Assembly (NCBI GenBank): GCA_022777285.1
Contig: JALFGN010000123.1
Coordinates: 4,752 to 68,751 of the forward strand
Direction: 5' to 3'
Length of the DNA: 64,000 nt
Origin: Blautia sp.
GTDB lineage: Bacteria > Bacillota > Clostridia > Lachnospirales > Lachnospiraceae
Part shown: in pieces, positions 37,671-45,190 of the stretch
How the letters are laid out: each line of letters begins with the position of its first letter
How positions within the stretch are numbered: the stretch's first letter is position 1
Program-made: the position numbers and the translations under genes
Notes under the pieces: model-generated
Seen by the model: the letters and a program-made list of their open reading frames with translations, nothing else
Told to the model about the DNA's origin: nothing
Databases searched by the model: none

Positions 37671-38878
37671 AGAGAAAAATCATGATATTGGGGGCCGGAA
37701 TCTATCAGGTACCACTTATACGAAAAGCAAAAGAAATGGGACTTGAGACTCTGGTTGTAAGTATACCGGGGGATTATCCGGGAATTCCAATGGCAGATCG
37801 TTTCTTTCCATTGGATACAAGAGATTACGAGGGGATTCTCCAGGTGGCACAACAGGAAAAGATTCAGGGGATCTGTACTTCCGGAACGGATGTGGCAGTG
37901 CGGGCCATCGGTTATGTATGTGAACATATGGGGCTTTCCGGAATCCATTTTTCAGCAGCAAAGCGGGCAACGGATAAAGCACTTATGAAGGAAGCTTTTC
38001 ACAGACATCAGGTTTCCACAGCAGATTTTCATAAAGTTTGTTCCAGGGAAGAAGCTTTGCAGGCAGCAGAACAAATCGGATATCCGGTAGTCGTAAAAGC
38101 AGTGGACAGTTCCGGGAGTCGGGGAATCTTAAAAGCCGGGAATGGGCAGGAATTACAAGCAGCGTTCGAAAATGCCCGGGCTGTAACAAAGAAGAATTAT
38201 GTACTGGTGGAAGAATGGCTGGATGGAGAAGAAATCGGAGTCGATGCTTTTATGGGAGAAGAGAATCTGGAGGTATTTTTTCCGCACAGAAAATTTATCT
38301 GCCGGGCAGCGAATACCACGATTCCTTCCGGGCATCGATTTCCCTTTGATGGTTCACCAAGGCTTGATCAGGAGCTGAGATTGCAGATCTTAAAGGCAGC
38401 AAAAGCGCTTGGATTGAAAAACTGTCCTTTAAATGCGGATGTTTTTGTAAAAGGGGATAAGGTCTGGATCATTGAGATGGGAGGAAGAACAGGGGCTACC
38501 TGTATTCCGGAATTGATTTCGGTGAATCAGGGATATGACTGGTATGAAAAGATCCTTCAGGCAGCATTGGGTGAAAAGCCTGATTTTTCAGGAAAATCCA
38601 ATGTTTCCTGCATGGCAAAACTTGTATTTTCTCCGGTAACGGGAAAGATTCGCAAAATAGACAGGGAGGGAATCGAAGCATTGAAGAAACAGGAGATTCT
38701 CTGTCAGATGGATTACAAGGAAGGAGATATGGTGGAGAAAGTCTTAAATGGAACAGACCGGATCGGGCATATTTTGATGAAGACAGAAGAGGAAAGAAAA
38801 CTGAATCAGGCTCTGGGGAAACTTTACAGTTGTATCTGGCTGGATCAGGGGAATCTGGAGGAACTATGGAAAAGATAA
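37667..38878 (+). CDS. ATP-grasp domain ligase
   Basis: IMILGAGIYQVPLIRKAKEMG pre-ATP-grasp region, DKALMKEAF, GYPVVVKAVDSSGSRGI, LVEEWLDGEEIGVDAF, and VWIIEMGGRTG. The ATG overlaps the GT2 stop (ATGA). Confidence 0.8.
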   Translation: MKRKIMILGAGIYQVPLIRKAKEMGLETLVVSIPGDYPGIPMADRFFPLDTRDYEGILQVAQQEKIQGICTSGTDVAVRAIGYVCEHMGLSGIHFSAAKRATDKALMKEAFHRHQVSTADFHKVCSREEALQAAEQIGYPVVVKAVDSSGSRGILKAGNGQELQAAFENARAVTKKNYVLVEEWLDGEEIGVDAFMGEENLEVFFPHRKFICRAANTTIPSGHRFPFDGSPRLDQELRLQILKAAKALGLKNCPLNADVFVKGDKVWIIEMGGRTGATCIPELISVNQGYDWYEKILQAALGEKPDFSGKSNVSCMAKLVFSPVTGKIRKIDREGIEALKKQEILCQMDYKEGDMVEKVLNGTDRIGHILMKTEEERKLNQALGKLYSCIWLDQGNLEELWKR

Positions 38879-39216
38879 AGGATTATCTCTTACTGCATCT
38901 GAACATTCTGTTATTTTCGTTTACCAGTGTATTGACGAAACTGGCATCCATTCAGTTTAATCGTCATGGCATCTATGACATTCGACTATATCTGTGTATT
39001 TTTCTGATGTTTTTGAATTGCTTTATCTATGCAATAGCCTGGCAGAAGGTGATTAAACGGTTTGAGTTAAATGTAGCTTATGCAAACAGAAGTGTTTATT
39101 TGATCTGGTCTCAGGTCTGGGCTGGATTGATTTTTCATGAGAATTTATCCGTTATGAATATTGTTGGTATGTTGGTGGTATTAACAGGAGTGTTGGTGGT
39201 GCAGAAATATGAATAA
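38866..39216 (+). CDS. Small 4-TM DMT/EamA-type half transporter (ArnE/ArnF-like)
   Basis: 116 aa with 4 TM helices and an SMR/EamA-like pattern. It overlaps the ATP-grasp end by 13 nt. Confidence 0.6.
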   Translation: MEKIKDYLLLHLNILLFSFTSVLTKLASIQFNRHGIYDIRLYLCIFLMFLNCFIYAIAWQKVIKRFELNVAYANRSVYLIWSQVWAGLIFHENLSVMNIVGMLVVLTGVLVVQKYE

Positions 39217-39544
39217 ATATATGCTGTTGCTTTATATTGGAACTTTTTTTACTGCATTTTCGCAGCTTTTATTAAAACAGAGTGCAAACAGAAGTTACAG
39301 GCATCCTGTTTTTGAATATCTGAACTGGCGTGTGATCACTGCTTACATAATTTTTTCAGGGGTTTTACTTTTGAATACATATGCCCTTACGCAAGTAGAT
39401 ATGAAATATGGTTCGATCATAGATACGTTCAGTTATGTGTTTGTAATGATTTTATCCTGTCTCATTTTAAAAGAGAAGTTTACAAAGGGGAAAGTAATTG
39501 GAAATCTTTTGATTATTGCAGGGATTATTTTATATCAGATGTAA
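39209..39544 (+). CDS. Small 4-TM DMT/EamA-type half transporter (ArnE/ArnF-like), second subunit
   Basis: 111 aa. FSQLLLKQSA is an EamA-like first helix. There are 4 TM helices. It overlaps the previous gene by 8 nt. Confidence 0.6.
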   Translation: MNKYMLLLYIGTFFTAFSQLLLKQSANRSYRHPVFEYLNWRVITAYIIFSGVLLLNTYALTQVDMKYGSIIDTFSYVFVMILSCLILKEKFTKGKVIGNLLIIAGIILYQM

Positions 39545-39549
39545 AAAAG

Positions 39550-39600
39550 ACAGACGTTCCAAACCGTACATTTGTACACCGGTTGGAACGTCTGCTTTTT
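39550..39600. terminator. Bidirectional terminator between the ArnE/F-like genes and the convergent wecE-like gene
   Basis: A ~16-bp stem (cagacgttccaaaccg / cggttggaacgtctg, one bulge) flanked by an A-run on the left and a T-run on the right. Confidence 0.8.
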
Positions 39601-40728
39601 TCAGGAAAAATAGTCAAAGATTGTTTTTACGATATATTCTTTCTCTTCCATAGAAAGACCATAATACAGAGGCAGACGTACCAGACGCTCACTTTCCTTT
39701 GTTGTATACCGGTCTTCTCCGGAAAAACGACCGTATTTTTGTCCGGCAGGAGATGTGTGAAGGGGAATATAGTGAAAAACACTCATAATGCCATGCTCTT
39801 TCATATAGGCAATAAAGTCTGTCCGGGACTGGAGATCCGGAAGTTTGATATAATACATATGAGCATTGTGTTCACAATACTCCGGAACAAACGGTTGTTC
39901 CAGATATCCTTTTTGGGCAAGAGGACGGAGTCTTTCGTCATAGAATTGATAAGTATCCATGCGGTCTTTCTGGATGGTATCGGCCTGTTCCAGCTGTGCC
40001 CAGAGATAAGCTGCATTCATATCGCTTGGAAGATAGGAGGAACCATAGTCCTGCCAGGTGTATTTATCCACCTGACCACGGAAAAACTTACTTCGGTTGG
40101 TTCCTTTTTCCCGGAGAATCTCCGCTTTTTCCAGATAATTTTCCTCCTGGAAAAACAGAGCACCCCCTTCTCCCATACTGAGGTTTTTCGTTTCATGAAA
40201 ACTCAGGCAGCCGAAGTCTCCGATCGTGCCGAGAAATTTTCCTTTATAGCGGGAGGAAAATCCCTGGGCGGCATCTTCGGTAACCTTCAGGTGATGGCGG
40301 GAGGCAATCTCCATGATGGTATCCATTTCACAGGCAACACCTGCATAATGAACCGGAACAATTGCTTTTGTACGGGAAGTAATGGCATCTTCGATCAGAG
40401 TTTCATCAATATTCATGGTATCCGGACGAATATCCACGAAAACAAGAGATGCACCTCTTTGAACGAATGCATCTGCAGTGGATACAAAAGTATAAGAAGG
40501 AAGAATCACTTCATCTCCAGATTTGATATCTGACAAAAGGGCTGCCATTTCCAGTGCATGCGTACAGGAAGTAGTGAGCAATGCATGATTTACAGAGAAC
40601 TGTTGCGTAAACCAGTTGCTGCATCTTTTGGTAAATTCTCCATCTCCACAGATCTTTCCATTGCGGATTGCTTGTTCTATGTAGTTCAGTTCGGTTCCGA
40701 CGAAAGGCGGAATATTAAAATCAATCAT
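39601..40728 (-). CDS. wecE: dTDP-4-amino-4,6-dideoxygalactose transaminase-like (WecE; DegT/DnrJ/EryC1 family)
   Basis: MIDFNIPPFVGTELNYIEQAI..GKICGDGEFT, PSYTFVSTA, NIDETLIE, VPVHYAGVACEMD, SFHETKN (PLP Lys), REKGTNRS.FFRGQVDKYTW and YTTKESERL. These track E. coli WecE closely as I remember it. AAGGAG RBS. Confidence 0.8.
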   Translation of the reverse strand: MIDFNIPPFVGTELNYIEQAIRNGKICGDGEFTKRCSNWFTQQFSVNHALLTTSCTHALEMAALLSDIKSGDEVILPSYTFVSTADAFVQRGASLVFVDIRPDTMNIDETLIEDAITSRTKAIVPVHYAGVACEMDTIMEIASRHHLKVTEDAAQGFSSRYKGKFLGTIGDFGCLSFHETKNLSMGEGGALFFQEENYLEKAEILREKGTNRSKFFRGQVDKYTWQDYGSSYLPSDMNAAYLWAQLEQADTIQKDRMDTYQFYDERLRPLAQKGYLEQPFVPEYCEHNAHMYYIKLPDLQSRTDFIAYMKEHGIMSVFHYIPLHTSPAGQKYGRFSGEDRYTTKESERLVRLPLYYGLSMEEKEYIVKTIFDYFS

Positions 40729-40824
40729 GATACACTCCTTGGAAATCGATTGAGTTAGTAATTTAAAAACAAAATCATTGTAGCACACATAGGGGAAAAA
40801 TGGAATAATTAAGTAACTGCTCTG

Positions 40825-40853
40825 TTGCTTTCTTAATACAAATATAGTATACT
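40825..40853 (+). promoter_or_regulatory. Promoter candidate for the autolysin gene (TTGCTT-17-TATACT)
   Basis: Read directly from the sequence. Confidence 0.4.
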
Positions 40854-40919
40854 TAATAATTGGTTAACAAATTTAATAAAATTGCAAAAAAGTAATGAAA
40901 CTTTAGGAGGAGGACAACG

Positions 40920-43457
40920 GTGAAAGAATCATGGAAAAGAGTATTGACAATCCTTTTGACTCTGGCAATGCTTTTTACAAACTGCAGTCCGGTATTGGGT
41001 GCGGAAGAATCGGGACAAACTGCAGAGACAGAGATTCCCTGTAACTATATTTTCATGCAGGATGATGGGGAGTATCAATCGATTATTCTGGAAATCGGAG
41101 ATGAGGAGGAAGACATTCTGGATGGAGCAGCTCTTACATACCGGGATGGAAATGGAGATTTTATTGAAGTACAGGCAGAAGAAGTGCAGGAAAACCTGGC
41201 AGCTTTTCTGATTCCTGTTGCACAAGAGGATCAACAGCGCGTATTTGTTTCCGCACAGGCGGTAGTGCAGGGAACGGTACATACAGTAAAAATGGACAAT
41301 AAGGAAGAAATGGAACATGTGGAGGTTTCTGAGGAACAGGCGACTTCTGTAGTGGAAGAAGTACAGGGAGAGTCCGTGGATACTGAGAATGCTTCAGAAG
41401 AAGCACTGGATTCGGAAACGGCCAGACAGGTTCAGGAATGTGTGATCACATCAGAGGAAGGTGTGACTGCAGAGGAGATTGAAACTGCCATAGAGGAGAC
41501 CAACAACCTGCCTGTGACAGAATCTCGGGAAAATGAAACACTTGCGGAAAAACCGGAAGAAAAAGAAGATTATATTGTGGTTCTCGATCCAGGGCATGGA
41601 GGTTCAGACGGAGGAGCTGAAAATGCTTATGGAGAAGATTCCGAATCGATACTCACTTTGAAAATTGGAACTTATCTGAAAGCAGAATTGGAAAAATATG
41701 CAGAGTTATCGGTTTTCATGACACGTGAAGATGATACTTATGTAGGATTAAGTGATCGTGTTCAGTATGCAGTAGATAAAAAGGCGGATATTCTGGTCAG
41801 TCTTCATTTGAATTCTTATGAGTCTAGTTCTGCCAACGGTGTGGAAATTCTTGTTCCAAGAACCGGACGATACAATACAGAAGTGGCAGAAAATGCAGAA
41901 CATCTGGCGAATAATATTCTGGAACGCATCACATCTTTAGGACTTTATAACCGGGGCTTGAAATACAGAGACTCAGCATCTGGAGGAACTTATCCAGATG
42001 GAAGTACTTCGGATTATTATACGATTATTGAAAAAGGTATGCGTGCAGGCATTCCTTCCATTATTGTAGAACATGCATTTATCAGCGGTGAGCAGGATGC
42101 ACAGTATCTGGACAGCGAAGAAGACCTGATGAATTTCGCCAAAGCGGATGCCTACGGAATTGCTCAGTATTTTGGCATAGAGACTGGCGGCGAAGAATAC
42201 GAGGAAGTACCAAAACCTGCCGGAGAATGGAAAAAAATCAATGGCAAATGGTATTATTACATAGGAAATGAAAAACAGACCGGCTGGATTGAGGTAGAGA
42301 GTAAGTGGTATTATCTGGATGCAGATGGTGTGATGCAGACGGGCTGGCAGAAAGTAGGCGGTTCCTGGTATTATCTGAATGGAGCCGGTGTGATGCAGAC
42401 GGGCTGGAAGAAGATTGACGGGAACTGGTATTATCTGAATGGATCCGGTGTGATGCAGACGGGCTGGAAAAAAATAGGCGAGTTCTGGTATTATCTGAAC
42501 AGTGCCGGCGTGATGCAGACGGGCTGGAAGAAAATCGACAATAACTGGTATTATCTGAACAGTGATGGAGAGATGCAGACCGGCTGGAAGAGACTCAGCA
42601 GGAAATGGTATTACTTCAATGCAAGCGGCGTCATGTTGACGAACTGGCAGGAGATTGATGGCAAGTGGTACTATCTGAACAGTGCCGGTGTGATGCAGAC
42701 GGGCTGGAAGAAATCCTCCGGTAACTGGTATTACCTGAATGGAGCCGGTGAAATGGTAACCGGATGGAAAAAAATTAACGGAAAATGGTACTATTTTAAT
42801 GAATCCGGAATCATGCAGACGGGCTGGCAGAAAATAGACGGAGAATGGTATTATTTAGAAGACTCTGGTGAATGGAACCCGGATATGAAACGGACAGAAA
42901 CAGAGGAGAACGATCAGACAGAAAACTCATATACGATTATGGGTGAAACTTCTTCGACAGAAGAGCAGATGATCAAAAATTTACAAAGATCCGGATATGA
43001 ATATCCTGCGGAGGAACTGGAAAAAGGAGGAGCCGGGGATCTTGCTGTTTTTTGTAAGATCATAAAAGAAGAAGCAGAAGCAGAAGGTGTTCGGGCAGAG
43101 GTCCTTTTTGTACAGGCTATGAAGGAGACCGGCTGGCTGCAGTTTGGTGGAGATGTAAAAATTACACAGTTTAATTTTGGCGGTCTGGGAGCAACCGGAA
43201 ACGGAGAACCCGGAGAAACTTTTCCGGATGTGAGAACCGGGATCAGAGCGCAGGTACAGCATCTGAAAGCTTATGCTTCAGAAGAAGATCTGGTCAATGA
43301 ATGTGTAGATACTCGTTTTACCTATGTGACCAGAAACTGTGCGCCTTATGTAGAATGGCTGGGATCACAGGAAAATCCAAATCATGTAGGCTGGGCAGCA
43401 TCAGAAAGATATGGATATGAGCTGGTCGAAATGATCCATACGTTAGAAAATATGTAA
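40920..43457 (+). CDS. Trimodular autolysin: N-acetylmuramoyl-L-alanine amidase (Amidase_3), 11 cell-wall-binding repeats, and a C-terminal glucosaminidase-like domain
   Basis: Signal peptide and an acidic linker. Amidase_3 motifs VVLDPGHGGSDGGA, SLHLNS and VEHAF. Eleven 20-aa GW.K..G.WYYLN repeats. C-terminal FVQAMKETGW...FNFGGLGA glucosaminidase-type motif. Confidence 0.85.
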   Translation: MKESWKRVLTILLTLAMLFTNCSPVLGAEESGQTAETEIPCNYIFMQDDGEYQSIILEIGDEEEDILDGAALTYRDGNGDFIEVQAEEVQENLAAFLIPVAQEDQQRVFVSAQAVVQGTVHTVKMDNKEEMEHVEVSEEQATSVVEEVQGESVDTENASEEALDSETARQVQECVITSEEGVTAEEIETAIEETNNLPVTESRENETLAEKPEEKEDYIVVLDPGHGGSDGGAENAYGEDSESILTLKIGTYLKAELEKYAELSVFMTREDDTYVGLSDRVQYAVDKKADILVSLHLNSYESSSANGVEILVPRTGRYNTEVAENAEHLANNILERITSLGLYNRGLKYRDSASGGTYPDGSTSDYYTIIEKGMRAGIPSIIVEHAFISGEQDAQYLDSEEDLMNFAKADAYGIAQYFGIETGGEEYEEVPKPAGEWKKINGKWYYYIGNEKQTGWIEVESKWYYLDADGVMQTGWQKVGGSWYYLNGAGVMQTGWKKIDGNWYYLNGSGVMQTGWKKIGEFWYYLNSAGVMQTGWKKIDNNWYYLNSDGEMQTGWKRLSRKWYYFNASGVMLTNWQEIDGKWYYLNSAGVMQTGWKKSSGNWYYLNGAGEMVTGWKKINGKWYYFNESGIMQTGWQKIDGEWYYLEDSGEWNPDMKRTETEENDQTENSYTIMGETSSTEEQMIKNLQRSGYEYPAEELEKGGAGDLAVFCKIIKEEAEAEGVRAEVLFVQAMKETGWLQFGGDVKITQFNFGGLGATGNGEPGETFPDVRTGIRAQVQHLKAYASEEDLVNECVDTRFTYVTRNCAPYVEWLGSQENPNHVGWAASERYGYELVEMIHTLENM
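42222..42876 (+). repeat. Tandem 60-nt (20-aa) coding repeats, GWKKI.GNWYYLN.AGVMQT type
   Basis: 11 units. The string gtgatgcagacgggctgg recurs six times with near-identical flanks. Confidence 0.9.
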
Positions 43458-43465
43458 AGTAAGAT

Positions 43466-43506
43466 TCCCTGAGGGCAAGAATAGCCCTTGGGGATTTGTT
43501 TTTTAT
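43466..43506 (+). terminator. Terminator candidate after the autolysin gene
   Basis: An imperfect stem, tccctgagggc / gcccttgggga, followed by a T-rich tract. Confidence 0.5.
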
Positions 43507-43557
43507 GGGATAATATTGTATAATAATTTTAACTACAGAAAATGGGAGAGAAACGAT

Positions 43558-44130
43558 TTGAAAAAATATTGTGCAGCATTTTTACTTGCTTTGCAAATGG
43601 TCGGTTTTGTATGGACAACGGTCAATGCAGATGCAGGAGAAAACAGAATAACAGAAGTGCAGATTCAAGAAGAAGGAAAAACAGGGATCTGGAGGAAAGA
43701 AGGAAGAAAATGGTATTATCGTTGGGAAAATGGAGATTGTCTGAAAGATACCTGGTTCTTTTTTGAGGATCATTGGTACTATCTGAAAGAAGACGGGAAA
43801 ATGGCAGTGGACTGGGAAAAAATAGAAGGGCATTGGTATTATTTCTCTGATACAGGAAGAATGAAATGCGGATGGATTCACGATAAGGACGCCTGGTATT
43901 TTGCTGATGAAGAAGGAAAGATGGTTACCGGATGGAAAGAGATTCAGGGAGAACGGTATTATTTTGAGGAAGAAACAGATGGAGAAGGAAGAATGAAGAC
44001 CGGATGGATGTGCGAAAAAGGGAAATGGTACTTTTTCAGCAAATCCGGAAAACTGAACAGAAATAAAAATCAGTATTCCCTGGGGCAGGTGTTCCGATTA
44101 GGGGATTCTGGAGAATGGATAAAGGAATAA
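43558..44130 (+). CDS. Secreted cell-wall-binding repeat protein (repeat-only)
   Basis: Signal peptide (KKYCAAFLLALQMVGFVWTTVNA) followed by about 6 W-YY/F-type CW_binding repeats. The ORF is open from 43516; the TTG at 43558 has the better RBS. Confidence 0.7.
   Translation: MKKYCAAFLLALQMVGFVWTTVNADAGENRITEVQIQEEGKTGIWRKEGRKWYYRWENGDCLKDTWFFFEDHWYYLKEDGKMAVDWEKIEGHWYYFSDTGRMKCGWIHDKDAWYFADEEGKMVTGWKEIQGERYYFEEETDGEGRMKTGWMCEKGKWYFFSKSGKLNRNKNQYSLGQVFRLGDSGEWIKE
43684..44058 (+). repeat. Degenerate cell-wall-binding coding repeats (about 6 units)
   Basis: Periodic W.(Y/F)(Y/F)...G.M..GW pattern in the translation. Confidence 0.7.
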
Positions 44131-45180
44131 TTGCGGAATATGGGAATGATGACAGTTATTAAAATTTTTCTGGCAACAGCAGGACTGTTGGTTCTTGCTT
44201 TTGGACTGGGATTGCTCTGGGTGAAAGAAGGAAGAGAAGACAGCAGTCTGGAGATTCTTATGAAAGGGATCGTTACGGCTTTTGCAGCCTTTGAGATTGC
44301 GGCACTTGGAGCAACTGCTGCAAATCTGCCGTATCATGTTCTTGCGTTGGGGTATCAGGGAGTTGTGATTCTGACAGCAGCCGGTTCTTTTTATGTGAAA
44401 CGAAGTATACTCAGAACATTGGGAAAAAGAATCTTACAGAAACAATGGAAATCCTGTGTCTGGTATCTGCCCGCATTGCTGTTGATTGTGTTTCAGGTTT
44501 ATGTGGGGACAGTCGATACACATATTGATGATGATGATGCTTTCTATGTTGCAACCGCATCTACTACGCTTGAAACAGACAGTTTGTTTCAATATAGTTC
44601 CTATACAGGAGAAAGAATGGAAGAGAAGCCAGCCAGATATGTGCTTTCTCCCTTTCCTGTGTTTATTGCCATGCTCAGTGAAATTTACCGCATGCCGCCT
44701 GCTGTTTTTGCACATACATGCATACCTCTTCTAATGATTCCTCTTGCTTATATGGTTTATTTTTTATTTGGCCGATTCTTATTCGGAAAAAGCAGGAAAA
44801 AAAGAGGAATTTTTTTATTGCTGATTGCCTGGATGAATTTATTTGGTTATTATTCAATCTATACAGCATCTACGTTTTTGCTGATTCGTATCTGGCAGGG
44901 AAAAGCTTTGCTGGCGTCAGTTTTTATTCCGCTGCTGCTTTTTTATCTGTTAAAGTGGTATGTGGAGAAAAAACAGCAAAAGAAAATGTGGTATCTGTCT
45001 GTGGTATCCCTTGCGCTTGCCTTATGCTCTTCTATGGGGATTTTCTTTGCACCACTGATGATTGGAGTAAGCGGATTGCTGAAATGTGTGAAAGAGAGAA
45101 AATCAATCATTCTGTTTTACACAATTCTCCTTTGTATCCCCTGTGGAATCTTGGGAGTTTTATACCTTTTTGTAAAATAG
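44131..45180 (+). CDS. Polytopic membrane protein of unknown function (about 9-10 TM helices, DDDD loop motif)
   Basis: Highly hydrophobic, 349 aa, with a loop THIDDDDAFYVATAS. The likely start is an ATG at 44140-44149. I could not place it securely in a family. Confidence 0.5.
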   Translation: MRNMGMMTVIKIFLATAGLLVLAFGLGLLWVKEGREDSSLEILMKGIVTAFAAFEIAALGATAANLPYHVLALGYQGVVILTAAGSFYVKRSILRTLGKRILQKQWKSCVWYLPALLLIVFQVYVGTVDTHIDDDDAFYVATASTTLETDSLFQYSSYTGERMEEKPARYVLSPFPVFIAMLSEIYRMPPAVFAHTCIPLLMIPLAYMVYFLFGRFLFGKSRKKRGIFLLLIAWMNLFGYYSIYTASTFLLIRIWQGKALLASVFIPLLLFYLLKWYVEKKQQKKMWYLSVVSLALALCSSMGIFFAPLMIGVSGLLKCVKERKSIILFYTILLCIPCGILGVLYLFVK

Positions 45181-45190
45181 GAGTTTTTGT

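Noticed and set aside
39583-40533. A 316-aa plus-strand ORF opposite the aminotransferase.
   Set aside because: The minus-strand product matches WecE motif for motif. The plus-strand translation is low-complexity and has no recognisable domain.
44797-44816. Homopolymer tracts in envelope genes as possible phase-variation switches: A7 and T7 here, T8 at 58748-58755, and A8 at 50393-50400 in tarJ.
   Set aside because: Runs of 7-8 A or T are common in this A/T-rich coding sequence, and one also occurs in the core gene hemW near 19576. All of these genes are in frame. Population data showing length variation would be needed.
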